A stretch of DNA of 51,105 nucleotides from a virus (lineage: Duplodnaviria > Caudoviricetes). The notes below the pieces were generated by a model. The model saw only the letters and a program-made list of their open reading frames with translations. It ran no database searches and was not told the DNA's origin. Of the stretch, positions 14,926-22,387 are shown one piece after another. The number at the start of each line of letters is the position of its first letter. Within the stretch, counting starts at the first letter, position 1. Made by a program: the position numbers and the translations under genes. The stretch is taken from the IMG/VR virus record IMGVR_UViG_3300024331_000096, positions 1-51,105 of that record; one strand, given 5' to 3'.

Positions 14926-16827
14926 GTGAACAGTATAGCACAGGGTACCGGGGGAGGCGCAAATGGCTTGTCCCCGGCTCACGCGCTGGCTTCTCTGGGC
15001 ATGCCAATCGTGTGCGGCCGACTGGATTCGGCTGGGGATCCTGATACTCTTGATCGCCGCTGGAAGTCCTGGCAGAAGATGACGCCTGGTGCTCGGTCTT
15101 TGCGGGCCGCTGACTCGTGGCGCGAGGGCGATGCGCTGGCTGGTGTCACCGGTGTCGTATATGACGTCCTTGATTTTGATCCCCGCAATGGCGGTAAGGA
15201 GTCCCTTGAGGCGATTTCTTCGGAGCTGGGAGATTCGGGACCTGATATTTACTGGAAGATACGGACTCCGCGAGGTGGACTTCACCTTTACGTGGCTCCC
15301 CTGGGGATCGGCTCACACAACGGCTGGCGTCCTGGTCTTGATCTTAAGGGAGGGAATTCGGACGGCTCGGGCCGGGGTTTTGTCTTCCTTCCTCCTACTG
15401 AGCGATACGGGAAGCGATACCGCGTACTGACGGAGGGTGGAGCTCCTAATGGGGACGGTCCCTCCGTCGCCTTGCGGGATTTGATTGAGAGGTCTTTGGG
15501 TGGGAGTGCGACAACCCCGGCCTCCTCCGGTCGCGTGCCCGCTCGTGTATTGAGACGGGAGTGTCTTGAGGCCGGTAACGGGGATCAGCGCCGTTGTCTG
15601 ATGGCGTACGTGTATGAGCTTGAGCGCATGGGGATTAGTTCTTCTGGGATAATCTCCCGTTGCCGTCGGCTGATGAAGGAGATGCCTGCGTTTCCGTCGC
15701 GGAAGGGTCCGTGGTATCCGGCTCGGCGTCGGGACCCGGACTTCTGGATAAAGGACCTCATGCACGGTCCCGGCGAGGTCGTGGGGGACGCTACGGCTGC
15801 TGAAACTGCGGTTCTGGCGTCTCTAGGATCTTCTGACACTTCGGTGCGTGGTCGGCGGGGACTCCTTTCGGGGGTTCGGACTGGCTCGTGGCTAGAAGGG
15901 CAGGAATTTGAGCCCTTGGAATTCGCGATACCTGGACTTCTTCCGGCCGGTCTGGTTGTAATCGCTGGTCCGCCCTTTGCGGGTAAAGGGCTCTTGGTGC
16001 TTCGCTTTGTCTTGGAATGTGCGCGGGGAGGATCGGTGTTCGGAGTCCCTTGTGATGCGCGTCCCTCGTTCTACGTAGCTCTTGAGGATTCGGATCGCCG
16101 CATGCAAGACCGTTGCCGCGATATGCTAGACGGCTCGGAGATACCTTCGGACTTCTCTTATGTGACGCGTGCGCCTGACGGAAAGCTTGTTCAGATGGTC
16201 GGAGAGTGGCTGAAGGGGGAGGGTCATTCGCGTGGGATCGTAGTGATCGATACACTGGGAAAGGTGCAGGAGAAACCGGAGAAAGGAGAGGGTCAGTATG
16301 ATCGAGATTACAGGATCATGGGAAAGCTGACCGCTCTGTCGTCGCTGTATCCTGGCGCGTGTATCGTGGTCAATACGCATACCCGCAAGTCGTCTTCGAA
16401 GGACTTCGTGGACATGATCTCGGGGACTAATGCTATTGCCGGGGCTGCTGACACTGCGCTGATTCTGGAGCGTACTCGGGGGTCGGCTGAGGGTATGCTA
16501 CGGATAACGTCGAGAGACCTGGACGAAGCGGAATATGCTTTGCTTTTGGCGCGACCGGGCGGATGGAAACTGGAAGGGGACTCGTTGCTGGAGGCTGCAG
16601 GAGAGGTAGAAAAGCGCGGGAGCCGGCTAGATAAGCGGTCTCAATCGATCATAGATTTGGTGAATTGCAGCGTGGAAATCACCGCTCAGGAGGTCTCGGA
16701 GGAGCTCGGATTGGATTATTCGCAGGTTCGAGTGTATATGGCGAGGCATCTCAAGGCAGGATATTACCGGAGAATTCGACGCGGAGTGTACGGTCCGGCG
16801 CGGAAGATTAGGGCTCGGAAGGGGTGA
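14926..16827 (+). CDS. Bifunctional primase/polymerase (Prim-Pol) fused to RepA/AAA_25 helicase
   Basis: VLDFDPRNGG, TPRGGLHLY, PGLDLKG..GFVFLPP; Walker A GPPFAGKG, ALED, Walker B IVVIDTL, HTRK, SGTNAIAGAAD; C-terminal wHTH-like segment. Confidence 0.9.
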   Translation: MNSIAQGTGGGANGLSPAHALASLGMPIVCGRLDSAGDPDTLDRRWKSWQKMTPGARSLRAADSWREGDALAGVTGVVYDVLDFDPRNGGKESLEAISSELGDSGPDIYWKIRTPRGGLHLYVAPLGIGSHNGWRPGLDLKGGNSDGSGRGFVFLPPTERYGKRYRVLTEGGAPNGDGPSVALRDLIERSLGGSATTPASSGRVPARVLRRECLEAGNGDQRRCLMAYVYELERMGISSSGIISRCRRLMKEMPAFPSRKGPWYPARRRDPDFWIKDLMHGPGEVVGDATAAETAVLASLGSSDTSVRGRRGLLSGVRTGSWLEGQEFEPLEFAIPGLLPAGLVVIAGPPFAGKGLLVLRFVLECARGGSVFGVPCDARPSFYVALEDSDRRMQDRCRDMLDGSEIPSDFSYVTRAPDGKLVQMVGEWLKGEGHSRGIVVIDTLGKVQEKPEKGEGQYDRDYRIMGKLTALSSLYPGACIVVNTHTRKSSSKDFVDMISGTNAIAGAADTALILERTRGSAEGMLRITSRDLDEAEYALLLARPGGWKLEGDSLLEAAGEVEKRGSRLDKRSQSIIDLVNCSVEITAQEVSEELGLDYSQVRVYMARHLKAGYYRRIRRGVYGPARKIRARKG

Positions 16828-16885
16828 GATGGTTATGTCGTCGTTCGGGCCGTTTTGGGGCCAAAAAAGCCGCCGCTCGTACCTT

Positions 16886-17018
16886 AGTGTTTCAAGTGTT
16901 ACATCTGTTACAAAGGCTGGTGAGAGCGGATGTAACAGTGTTACAGGCAAGTGTTACATTGAGAGTAGGTGTTTCATGCTGTCACCTGGTCTTGTAACAC
17001 TTGCAACGCTTGTAACAG
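16886..17018. repeat. TGTTACA iteron cluster, probable replication origin
   Basis: TGTTACA at 16897, 16906, 16939, 16952; TGTAACA at 16931, 16993, 17011; TGTTTCA at 16888, 16970; AT-rich and directly after the primase-helicase. Confidence 0.75.
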
Positions 17019-17057
17019 TCCCCCACGCACGCGGAGCAAATCTCAAGGAGGCTTGCT

Positions 17058-17348
17058 GTGGTGAAGCATGTGACTACTGAGGCGGGTGCACGGATGAATG
17101 CCGTGTACGACGATATCCGGGTTGGACTTCGGGATATGCCGCCTGCTCAGGCTGAGCTGATGCGGAAGGAGATCATTGTTCTTCTCGCCATGGTTTCGGT
17201 GGAAGTTGGTCGTTGGAGAGGACGGAAAGGATCTAGAAATTCGCGGGTGTATCGGGAGGGATCTGTGGTCGAAGCGGCTGGAGGTGATTACGATGCTCTC
17301 AAGGCAGTCGCAGCGGAGGTAGTGGGAGACCTGTCTCGGCTGACGTGA
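17058..17348 (+). CDS. Hypothetical protein
   Basis: AAGGAGG RBS. Confidence 0.55.
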   Translation: MVKHVTTEAGARMNAVYDDIRVGLRDMPPAQAELMRKEIIVLLAMVSVEVGRWRGRKGSRNSRVYREGSVVEAAGGDYDALKAVAAEVVGDLSRLT

Positions 17349-17553
17349 CACCCTACACGCGCGCGTATATACGCGGGAAACCGAGAGTCCTCCACCTCCA
17401 CCTTGTCCTTCGCCAAAATTTTGCCTCTTTCTCTCGCTGGAGTGAGAGGGTCTCAAGACGACAACCCCGCGTCTCAAGGGCGGGTCCTCCAGTCGCGTAC
17501 GGGTCCTCAGGAGGGGCCGGGGTGGTCAACGTACGCGCGCGTGCGTTGAGAGC

Positions 17554-17582
17554 TTGCTTTTTCGGCTTTTCTGTGGTAAGAT
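17554..17582 (+). promoter_or_regulatory. Sigma70/HrdB-type promoter
   Basis: TTGCTT-17-TAAGAT with TG extension. Confidence 0.7.
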
Positions 17583-17616
17583 TGGCCTGTAAGGCCGAAA
17601 AACAACAGGAGGAAAA

Positions 17617-17895
17617 ATGCAAGGGATCCGCAGGATCGCCGCGTTCGCTCTGGTCGTAGCCGCTCTGATCGTGGGAGTTGGCCTGGCGACATCGCACTCG
17701 ACCCCCGCTTCGGCGTCCGCACCGGCCGTTTACTCGCAGTCGTCCAGGACCGAGACCATCTACGGCGGCGGTCGGTGCATCCACACCCATTCGCGCACGG
17801 TTCGTTCGTATGGCTGGAAGACGAAGCTGGGACACTACGTCCTGCTCGCCAAGCCGTCGGTGACGGTCTCCGACTCGTACAAGTGCCACTCATGA
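17617..17895 (+). CDS. Small secreted protein (Sec signal peptide)
   Basis: RR n-region, hydrophobic h-region, PASA/SA cleavage-like site, two Cys; AGGAGG RBS. Confidence 0.7.
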   Translation: MQGIRRIAAFALVVAALIVGVGLATSHSTPASASAPAVYSQSSRTETIYGGGRCIHTHSRTVRSYGWKTKLGHYVLLAKPSVTVSDSYKCHS

Positions 17896-18248
17896 CCCCC
17901 GCCGAGCTTCTGCCGCTGCAGATTCCTCTCATGCAGGGACCGATCTGCGACGAGCGCGTCGACCTCGACGGCTGCTACCACGACTCGTGCGCCAACATCC
18001 GTTACTCCAGCCGCCTCGTGTTCGCCGAGGGCCCGATGTGTGGCGAGCTCTACCACATGGGCGACTGCGGGCATGGGTCGTGCCAACTCATCTCTCCGGA
18101 ACAGTTCGAGTGCGAGAAGCACGGCTGGGTTCTGATCCTGAACCAGGGCTCAGGCCAGGGATTCGCGGGAGGGCGTATCTACTGGGCCAACCTCGTGTGC
18201 GGCTGCTTCGCCATGGACGAGTCGGACGACATCCGCGCCGCCGAATAG
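17892..18248 (+). CDS. Cys/His-rich protein with duplicated GPxC.E..C.H.SC motif
   Basis: ATGA coupling; GPICDE..GCYHDSC and GPMCGE..DCGHGSC. Confidence 0.65.
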   Translation: MTPAELLPLQIPLMQGPICDERVDLDGCYHDSCANIRYSSRLVFAEGPMCGELYHMGDCGHGSCQLISPEQFECEKHGWVLILNQGSGQGFAGGRIYWANLVCGCFAMDESDDIRAAE

Positions 18249-18355
18249 GACGGGACGTCGCCTCGTGAGGAGCGGGGCGACCACCCCGGCCGGTCTCAAG
18301 GGACCATCCCGCGTCGGGGAAATCTCCTACCTCGGGAGGCGGGGTGCTCTGGAAC

Positions 18356-18384
18356 TTGCGAATTCGGGTTTTCTGTGGTAGACT
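18356..18384 (+). promoter_or_regulatory. Sigma70/HrdB-type promoter
   Basis: TTGCGA-17-TAGACT; near copy at 18786. Confidence 0.75.
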
Positions 18385-18422
18385 GAGCGTACCGCGTACG
18401 GAACGCGGCAGGAGGCGAGATC

Positions 18423-18566
18423 ATGAACATCAGCCGGAGGATGAAGGTCCAGGCCATGGTGATCGTACTGATCGCTCAGACCGAGGAAGCGCTGGAGCAC
18501 TACGAGGGCTTCGTGCACGACGCGGGCGAGGAGCTCGTGGGAGAGGTCGAGGAGTTTCTGTCATGA
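18423..18566 (+). CDS. 47-aa protein with acidic C-terminal half (not in ORF track)
   Basis: MNISRRMKVQAMVIVLIAQTEEALEH...EEFLS; AGGAGGCGAGATCATG start. Confidence 0.65.
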   Translation: MNISRRMKVQAMVIVLIAQTEEALEHYEGFVHDAGEELVGEVEEFLS

Positions 18567-18736
18567 ACGGTTTCTGGACATGCACAGGTTACGAGCTGTA
18601 CGAGCAGGCCGAGTCCGTGGAGTTCGAGGAGTGCCCGCTGCTGCGAGTCGAGGGTGCGCACGACTACGCGCCCGACGGCACGTGCCGCGAGTGCGCTCGC
18701 CCGCGTGGGCGCAAGGTGCGCAACGGGAGGGAGTAA
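18563..18736 (+). CDS. 57-aa Zn-binding protein
   Basis: MNGFWTC...HDY..GTCREC; ATGA coupling. Confidence 0.6.
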   Translation: MNGFWTCTGYELYEQAESVEFEECPLLRVEGAHDYAPDGTCRECARPRGRKVRNGRE

Positions 18737-18785
18737 TCTCAAGGGAGGTCGGCGAGGGCCAGAAAAAGACCACCCCGCCGGGAAC

Positions 18786-18814
18786 TTGCGAAGTCGGGTT
18801 TCGGGCGGTAGGCT
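18786..18814 (+). promoter_or_regulatory. Sigma70/HrdB-type promoter
   Basis: TTGCGA-17-TAGGCT. Confidence 0.75.
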
Positions 18815-18862
18815 GAACCCGTAGGGTTCGGCAAGGGGCCGGACCCGGAGGAAGGCGAGATC

Positions 18863-19162
18863 ATGCGAGCTCACGGCAGCGGCCGCAACAATGCGGCTGG
18901 CGACCCAGACAGGCGCGGGAGCGCAACAGACAGGCGCGTACGGAGGATGTGGCTCATGGCCATGTTCGGTGGCAAGTGCGTCCACTGCAAGCGGACCCTG
19001 CAGGACAGGTACCCGGACCGGGACGACTACGTCCAGGCAGACCGGATCATCCCCGGCGGGTCGTACCGCCGCAGCAACATCCAGGCGTCGTGCGCACCCT
19101 GCAACAACGCGCGCGGGGACGACATGAGCTGGACCTACGACGGCGAGCTCGCGGACGCGTGA
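18863..19162 (+). CDS. HNH endonuclease
   Basis: CVHC...DRIIPGGSY...NIQASCAPCNNARG; the usual DH is DR here, a variant seen in actinophage HNH proteins. Confidence 0.8.
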   Translation: MRAHGSGRNNAAGDPDRRGSATDRRVRRMWLMAMFGGKCVHCKRTLQDRYPDRDDYVQADRIIPGGSYRRSNIQASCAPCNNARGDDMSWTYDGELADA

Positions 19163-19171
19163 GCGCGGGGT

Positions 19172-19200
19172 GGTCGGGGTGGCAATGCGCCACCCCGACC
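19172..19200 (+). terminator. 12-bp hairpin after HNH gene
   Basis: GGTCGGGGTGGC-AATGC-GCCACCCCGACC; no U-tract. Confidence 0.45.
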
Positions 19201-19229
19201 CCGACCAAATCTCAAGAGGAGAGAAGATC

Positions 19230-19337
19230 ATGTGGCAAGTCCTAGTCCCCTACCTTCACCAGGTCCTGACCCTGCCCGGAATCGTGCTGGAGCCGTGGCA
19301 GTGGTTCTCGTGGTGGCCCTACCTGTCGGCTTTCTAG
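19230..19337 (+). CDS. 35-aa Trp-rich hydrophobic peptide (not in ORF track)
   Basis: MWQVLVPYLHQVLTLPGIVLEPWQWFSWWPYLSAF; GAGGAG RBS and AGATCATG start. Confidence 0.5.
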   Translation: MWQVLVPYLHQVLTLPGIVLEPWQWFSWWPYLSAF

Positions 19338-19658
19338 GCCGACCCCAAGGTTGGGGCGACCCCAAGTCTCAGGGCCGTAACCGAGAGACTACTCTCGGTG
19401 CAACATGGCCTGTACGGCCCTGAGACGGCCGCTACGGGCACGACCCCCGCTTTGGTGCCCACCATGAAGACCACCCCGCCGCGACGATTCGCCCTGGTGA
19501 GACAGGCAAAACCGAACACGTGTGCGGGTTGCCGAAAGTAACCGGTCTCGTAACACAAAGTTATGAGAAGTTGGGTCCCCTTACGACCTGTAGAACCGGC
19601 CCAGCAGCGCATATGCTGACTTCGTCAGCAAAACCCACCGCAGCAAAGGACAAGGACC

Positions 19659-20135
19659 ATGGCAACCGCCACCCGCACCACCCGCACCCGCACCCCCGCC
19701 ACCCCTGCCACCCGTAACCCGGCCACCACGGTCTCAAGCGTTACCGGCAAGCGGCAGGGTCCGCCCCGTAAGCCCCTGGCCACCACGGTCGTGGGGTCCA
19801 TGGGTACGCGCACCACGCAGCCCACGCGCCCGGTGCGCCCGGCCAAGGCCAAGGCCACCGCGCCCAAGGCAGCCCCGGCCAAGGTCGCCAAGGCCACACC
19901 CAAGGCCACCCCTGCCAGCCGCACGCTGCCGCGTGACCTCCTGGTCGCCGTGGCCACGTGGGCGCATGGTGCCAAGCTGGACGCCGCTGCGCAGCGCAGG
20001 GTGGCCAACTACATGAAGGTCGTCACCAGCGGCAGCGACGCCGCCGGTGCGCGGTGGTGGCCAGCCGCTGCCGACCTGCCCAAGGGCGTGCGCCCCCTGC
20101 CCCGGCCCAGCCACCACTCCTGGGACGCCCGCTAG
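19659..20135 (+). CDS. Basic T/A/P/K/R-rich protein with histone H1/HupB-like PAKA tract
   Basis: AAGGA RBS; PAKAKATAPKAAPAKVAKATPKATPA; high GC3; followed by a hairpin. Confidence 0.7.
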   Translation: MATATRTTRTRTPATPATRNPATTVSSVTGKRQGPPRKPLATTVVGSMGTRTTQPTRPVRPAKAKATAPKAAPAKVAKATPKATPASRTLPRDLLVAVATWAHGAKLDAAAQRRVANYMKVVTSGSDAAGARWWPAAADLPKGVRPLPRPSHHSWDAR

Positions 20136-20148
20136 CCGCACCACCACC

Positions 20149-20181
20149 GCACCCCCGCACGCTGCCAGCGTGCGGGGGTGC
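20149..20181 (+). terminator. Perfect 15-bp hairpin
   Basis: GCACCCCCGCACGCT-GCC-AGCGTGCGGGGGTGC, 13 nt after the stop. Confidence 0.6.
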
Positions 20182-20223
20182 TGGCATGCCCGACCCAGAC
20201 CACCGACCAGGACGACGGGGTGG

Positions 20224-20251
20224 TGGAGGGTGGTACCTGGAGGGTGGTACC
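20224..20251. repeat. 14-bp tandem direct repeat
   Basis: TGGAGGGTGGTACC x2, overlapping palindrome GGTGGTACCACC (20243-20254). Confidence 0.8.
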
Positions 20252-20505
20252 ACCGCACCACCCCCGGCCCTCAGCGCGTCGTTGCGCAGCGACAACCCCG
20301 CTCCCATCCTGCCCTGACCACCACCCCTCGCCGACGACGTGGCGGGTCTCCTCAGCGCCTGCGAGAGCCCAACTGGAGGGGAGGTGGCCAAGGAGTTCCC
20401 CCTCTCTCGATGAACGACCTATGCATCGGTTTTCGCAGGATTCGATGATACGAATTTAGAATTGAGAGACCCTCCCAGAACATCAGTACCGAGAAAACAA
20501 CCCCC

Positions 20506-20535
20506 TTGCAGTTCTAACGTGTCGCATGTTACAAT
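20506..20535 (+). promoter_or_regulatory. Promoter for a probably leaderless mRNA
   Basis: TTGCAG-18-TACAAT; ATG only 6 nt downstream and no SD. Confidence 0.65.
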
Positions 20536-20541
20536 AGCTTC

Positions 20542-20958
20542 ATGGCATTCAAGCGTAAGCTAGAGGAACCCGAGAAGATCCCCAAGCCGAAAGAGTCTAC
20601 GGCCCCGGACTCACTTCGAGCTCCTCCCCGTCCCCGCCCCGTAGGTCCCCGTCACGACTCCCTTTGTATTGAGACCTACCAGGACTCTCACGCCCTCACG
20701 ATCGTCGACAAGAACCGAGGCAAGACCCTCCTCGATCAAGAACCCGACGACGTCCCCGCCCTCTCTCGCTGTTACTGCACGTGCGCCGCGTGCTGGCTCC
20801 CCACGGGGAAGACTCGTCTCCTCCAGACGGGTAAGGCAGAGGGCCGACAGACCGGCCGTTGTATCTGTCGCTCCTGCCCCTGCTGGACCACGAATCTGCT
20901 CAACACAGCTCCTACTCCGTCCACGAAGGACACGTCTTCCTTCAAGACATCCCCCTAA
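20542..20958 (+). CDS. Cys-rich Zn-binding hypothetical protein
   Basis: HDSLC, CYCTCAACW, CICRSCPC. Confidence 0.6.
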   Translation: MAFKRKLEEPEKIPKPKESTAPDSLRAPPRPRPVGPRHDSLCIETYQDSHALTIVDKNRGKTLLDQEPDDVPALSRCYCTCAACWLPTGKTRLLQTGKAEGRQTGRCICRSCPCWTTNLLNTAPTPSTKDTSSFKTSP

Positions 20959-21036
20959 TCCCCGACCCCGACCCCCTCCCCAAGAGCGACCTAGGGAGGG
21001 GGTCGCTTCTTGCCTACTTTCCTACCGGCTAGTAAC

Positions 21037-21066
21037 TTGCGCCCCCGGCCGGTCCTGTGCTATCAT
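21037..21066 (+). promoter_or_regulatory. Promoter at head of late arm
   Basis: TTGCGC-18-TATCAT with TG extension. Confidence 0.6.
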
Positions 21067-21096
21067 CAGCAGCTATCCCCCACGCCGGGAGGCCAG

Positions 21097-21639
21097 GTGG
21101 CCAGGAACGGCAGAAGCGCAGGTAGCAGCCCTGCGGGCTCATCCCCCGGCGAGAGCTCCCTCTCCCCTCAGAACGACCTGCCCCCTCGCGCTATCCGGGG
21201 CTATCAGCGTCTCCGGCTTCTCCGCGATCTCGCGACATCCCCCTCAACTCCCCGCGAGCTGGCAAGAGACACGGGTATCCCCCTCCGCGAGCTCCTGCAA
21301 TTCCGGGACGAGCACCAAGAGGAGATCTCCGAGCTAGCAGCGGCTCTATCGAGCAATCTCCAGCTCGAGACTCAGGGCATGTGGATTACGAAAAAGAGCA
21401 ATCGTCTGGCGGAGCTGGAGAACGAGGCCGAGGAGATCCGGGACACTCTGCAGGACTTCAGGGACCAGGGCATTCCGTGGTCCCGCAGCCATAGGGACAT
21501 GATCAGGACTTACCTTGAGATCTTGAGAAGCGTAGCTGACGAGACGGGCGCTTATCCGCAGCGGCAAAGCGCCCCCGCACGGAGCGGCTCTACCGTTCAC
21601 TACGTGATCGACACCGAAGACTCGGAGAGCCTGCAATGA
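21097..21639 (+). CDS. Putative terminase small subunit
   Basis: HTH-like TPRELARDTGIP followed by a helical region; upstream of TerL; GTG start after GGGAGG. Confidence 0.55.
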   Translation: MARNGRSAGSSPAGSSPGESSLSPQNDLPPRAIRGYQRLRLLRDLATSPSTPRELARDTGIPLRELLQFRDEHQEEISELAAALSSNLQLETQGMWITKKSNRLAELENEAEEIRDTLQDFRDQGIPWSRSHRDMIRTYLEILRSVADETGAYPQRQSAPARSGSTVHYVIDTEDSESLQ

Positions 21640-21926
21640 ACAGAACTAAACTGCAAGAATATCGCAAGACAGGCATCGCAGCAGCCGGAACCCTTCTCAC
21701 GATCGCCGCGAGTTTCGCTCCGGACAACAAGTACGTCATTGCAGCGGTCGCGGTGGCGACGGCGTTCGGTGTCTGGAGAGTTCCTAACGCCAGGACTCCT
21801 CAACAGCAGGGAACCCTTCTCACGACAGACAGGCCGCAAGGCGCAGGAAGCGCAGGTCTGCCGGGCATCGCTACTCTGGGTCTTCCGCCGACGAACCCGC
21901 CGATCAAGCCACCAGGAGCGGCGTGA
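21636..21926 (+). CDS. Two-TM holin-like membrane protein
   Basis: YRKTGIAAAG...AVATAFGVWRVPN, a pattern seen in actinophage holin-like proteins. Confidence 0.55.
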   Translation: MNRTKLQEYRKTGIAAAGTLLTIAASFAPDNKYVIAAVAVATAFGVWRVPNARTPQQQGTLLTTDRPQGAGSAGLPGIATLGLPPTNPPIKPPGAA

Positions 21927-22387
21927 TGCCGGGCGGCGACTACTACACGCGGCCAGAGGCCGAGCTCTGTCAGGTGCAGTCCGAGACCTGCACGAAGATC
22001 CCTTCCTCCCGCTTGTTCTGCAAGACAGAGGGACGCGGCGTACTCGTGTGTGAGAACGACCTGAGGCTCTGGCGCACGAGGGTTACGAGCTCACAGGCGG
22101 AGACGTACCGCTTGGCGAACAAGTGTCCTCTCTGTGCAGACTGGACTCCGCAGCAGGCTTCTCCTAGTCCTATCATTCCGCAAACCCCGCGCCCAGTTCT
22201 TCAGGGTCCTCTAGCAGCGACTCTGGACAAGGCCATGCACGCGGAAGGTCTGCTCCAGGACATACGCCAGCGAGTTCTTCAGCGGCTAGCGAGCGACGCG
22301 CCCTGGCTGTCCTCAAGTTTCATCGAGCCCGGCTTTATCGAGATCCTTGAGACAGACCAGGCTCGTAAAGAGCGGCGTGCGATATGA
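21923..22387 (+). CDS. Hypothetical Cys-containing protein
   Basis: Coupled overlaps; CPLC. Confidence 0.55.
   Translation: MMPGGDYYTRPEAELCQVQSETCTKIPSSRLFCKTEGRGVLVCENDLRLWRTRVTSSQAETYRLANKCPLCADWTPQQASPSPIIPQTPRPVLQGPLAATLDKAMHAEGLLQDIRQRVLQRLASDAPWLSSSFIEPGFIEILETDQARKERRAI

Noticed and set aside
16829-17080. 83-aa + ORF and 107-aa - ORF over the iterons
   Set aside because: The VT/CN/CY repeats are just translations of TGTTACA; no convincing RBS
18863-19162. HNH as a homing endonuclease in an intron or intein
   Set aside because: Free-standing with its own promoter and RBS; no interrupted gene
19613-19629. TGCTGAC-TTC-GTCAGCA palindrome as an operator
   Set aside because: Single copy with a 7-bp arm; plausible but unsupported without a second site or a regulator
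16886-20300. Repeats as a CRISPR array
   Set aside because: Repeats are only 7-14 bp, irregularly spaced and in both orientations; no cas genes
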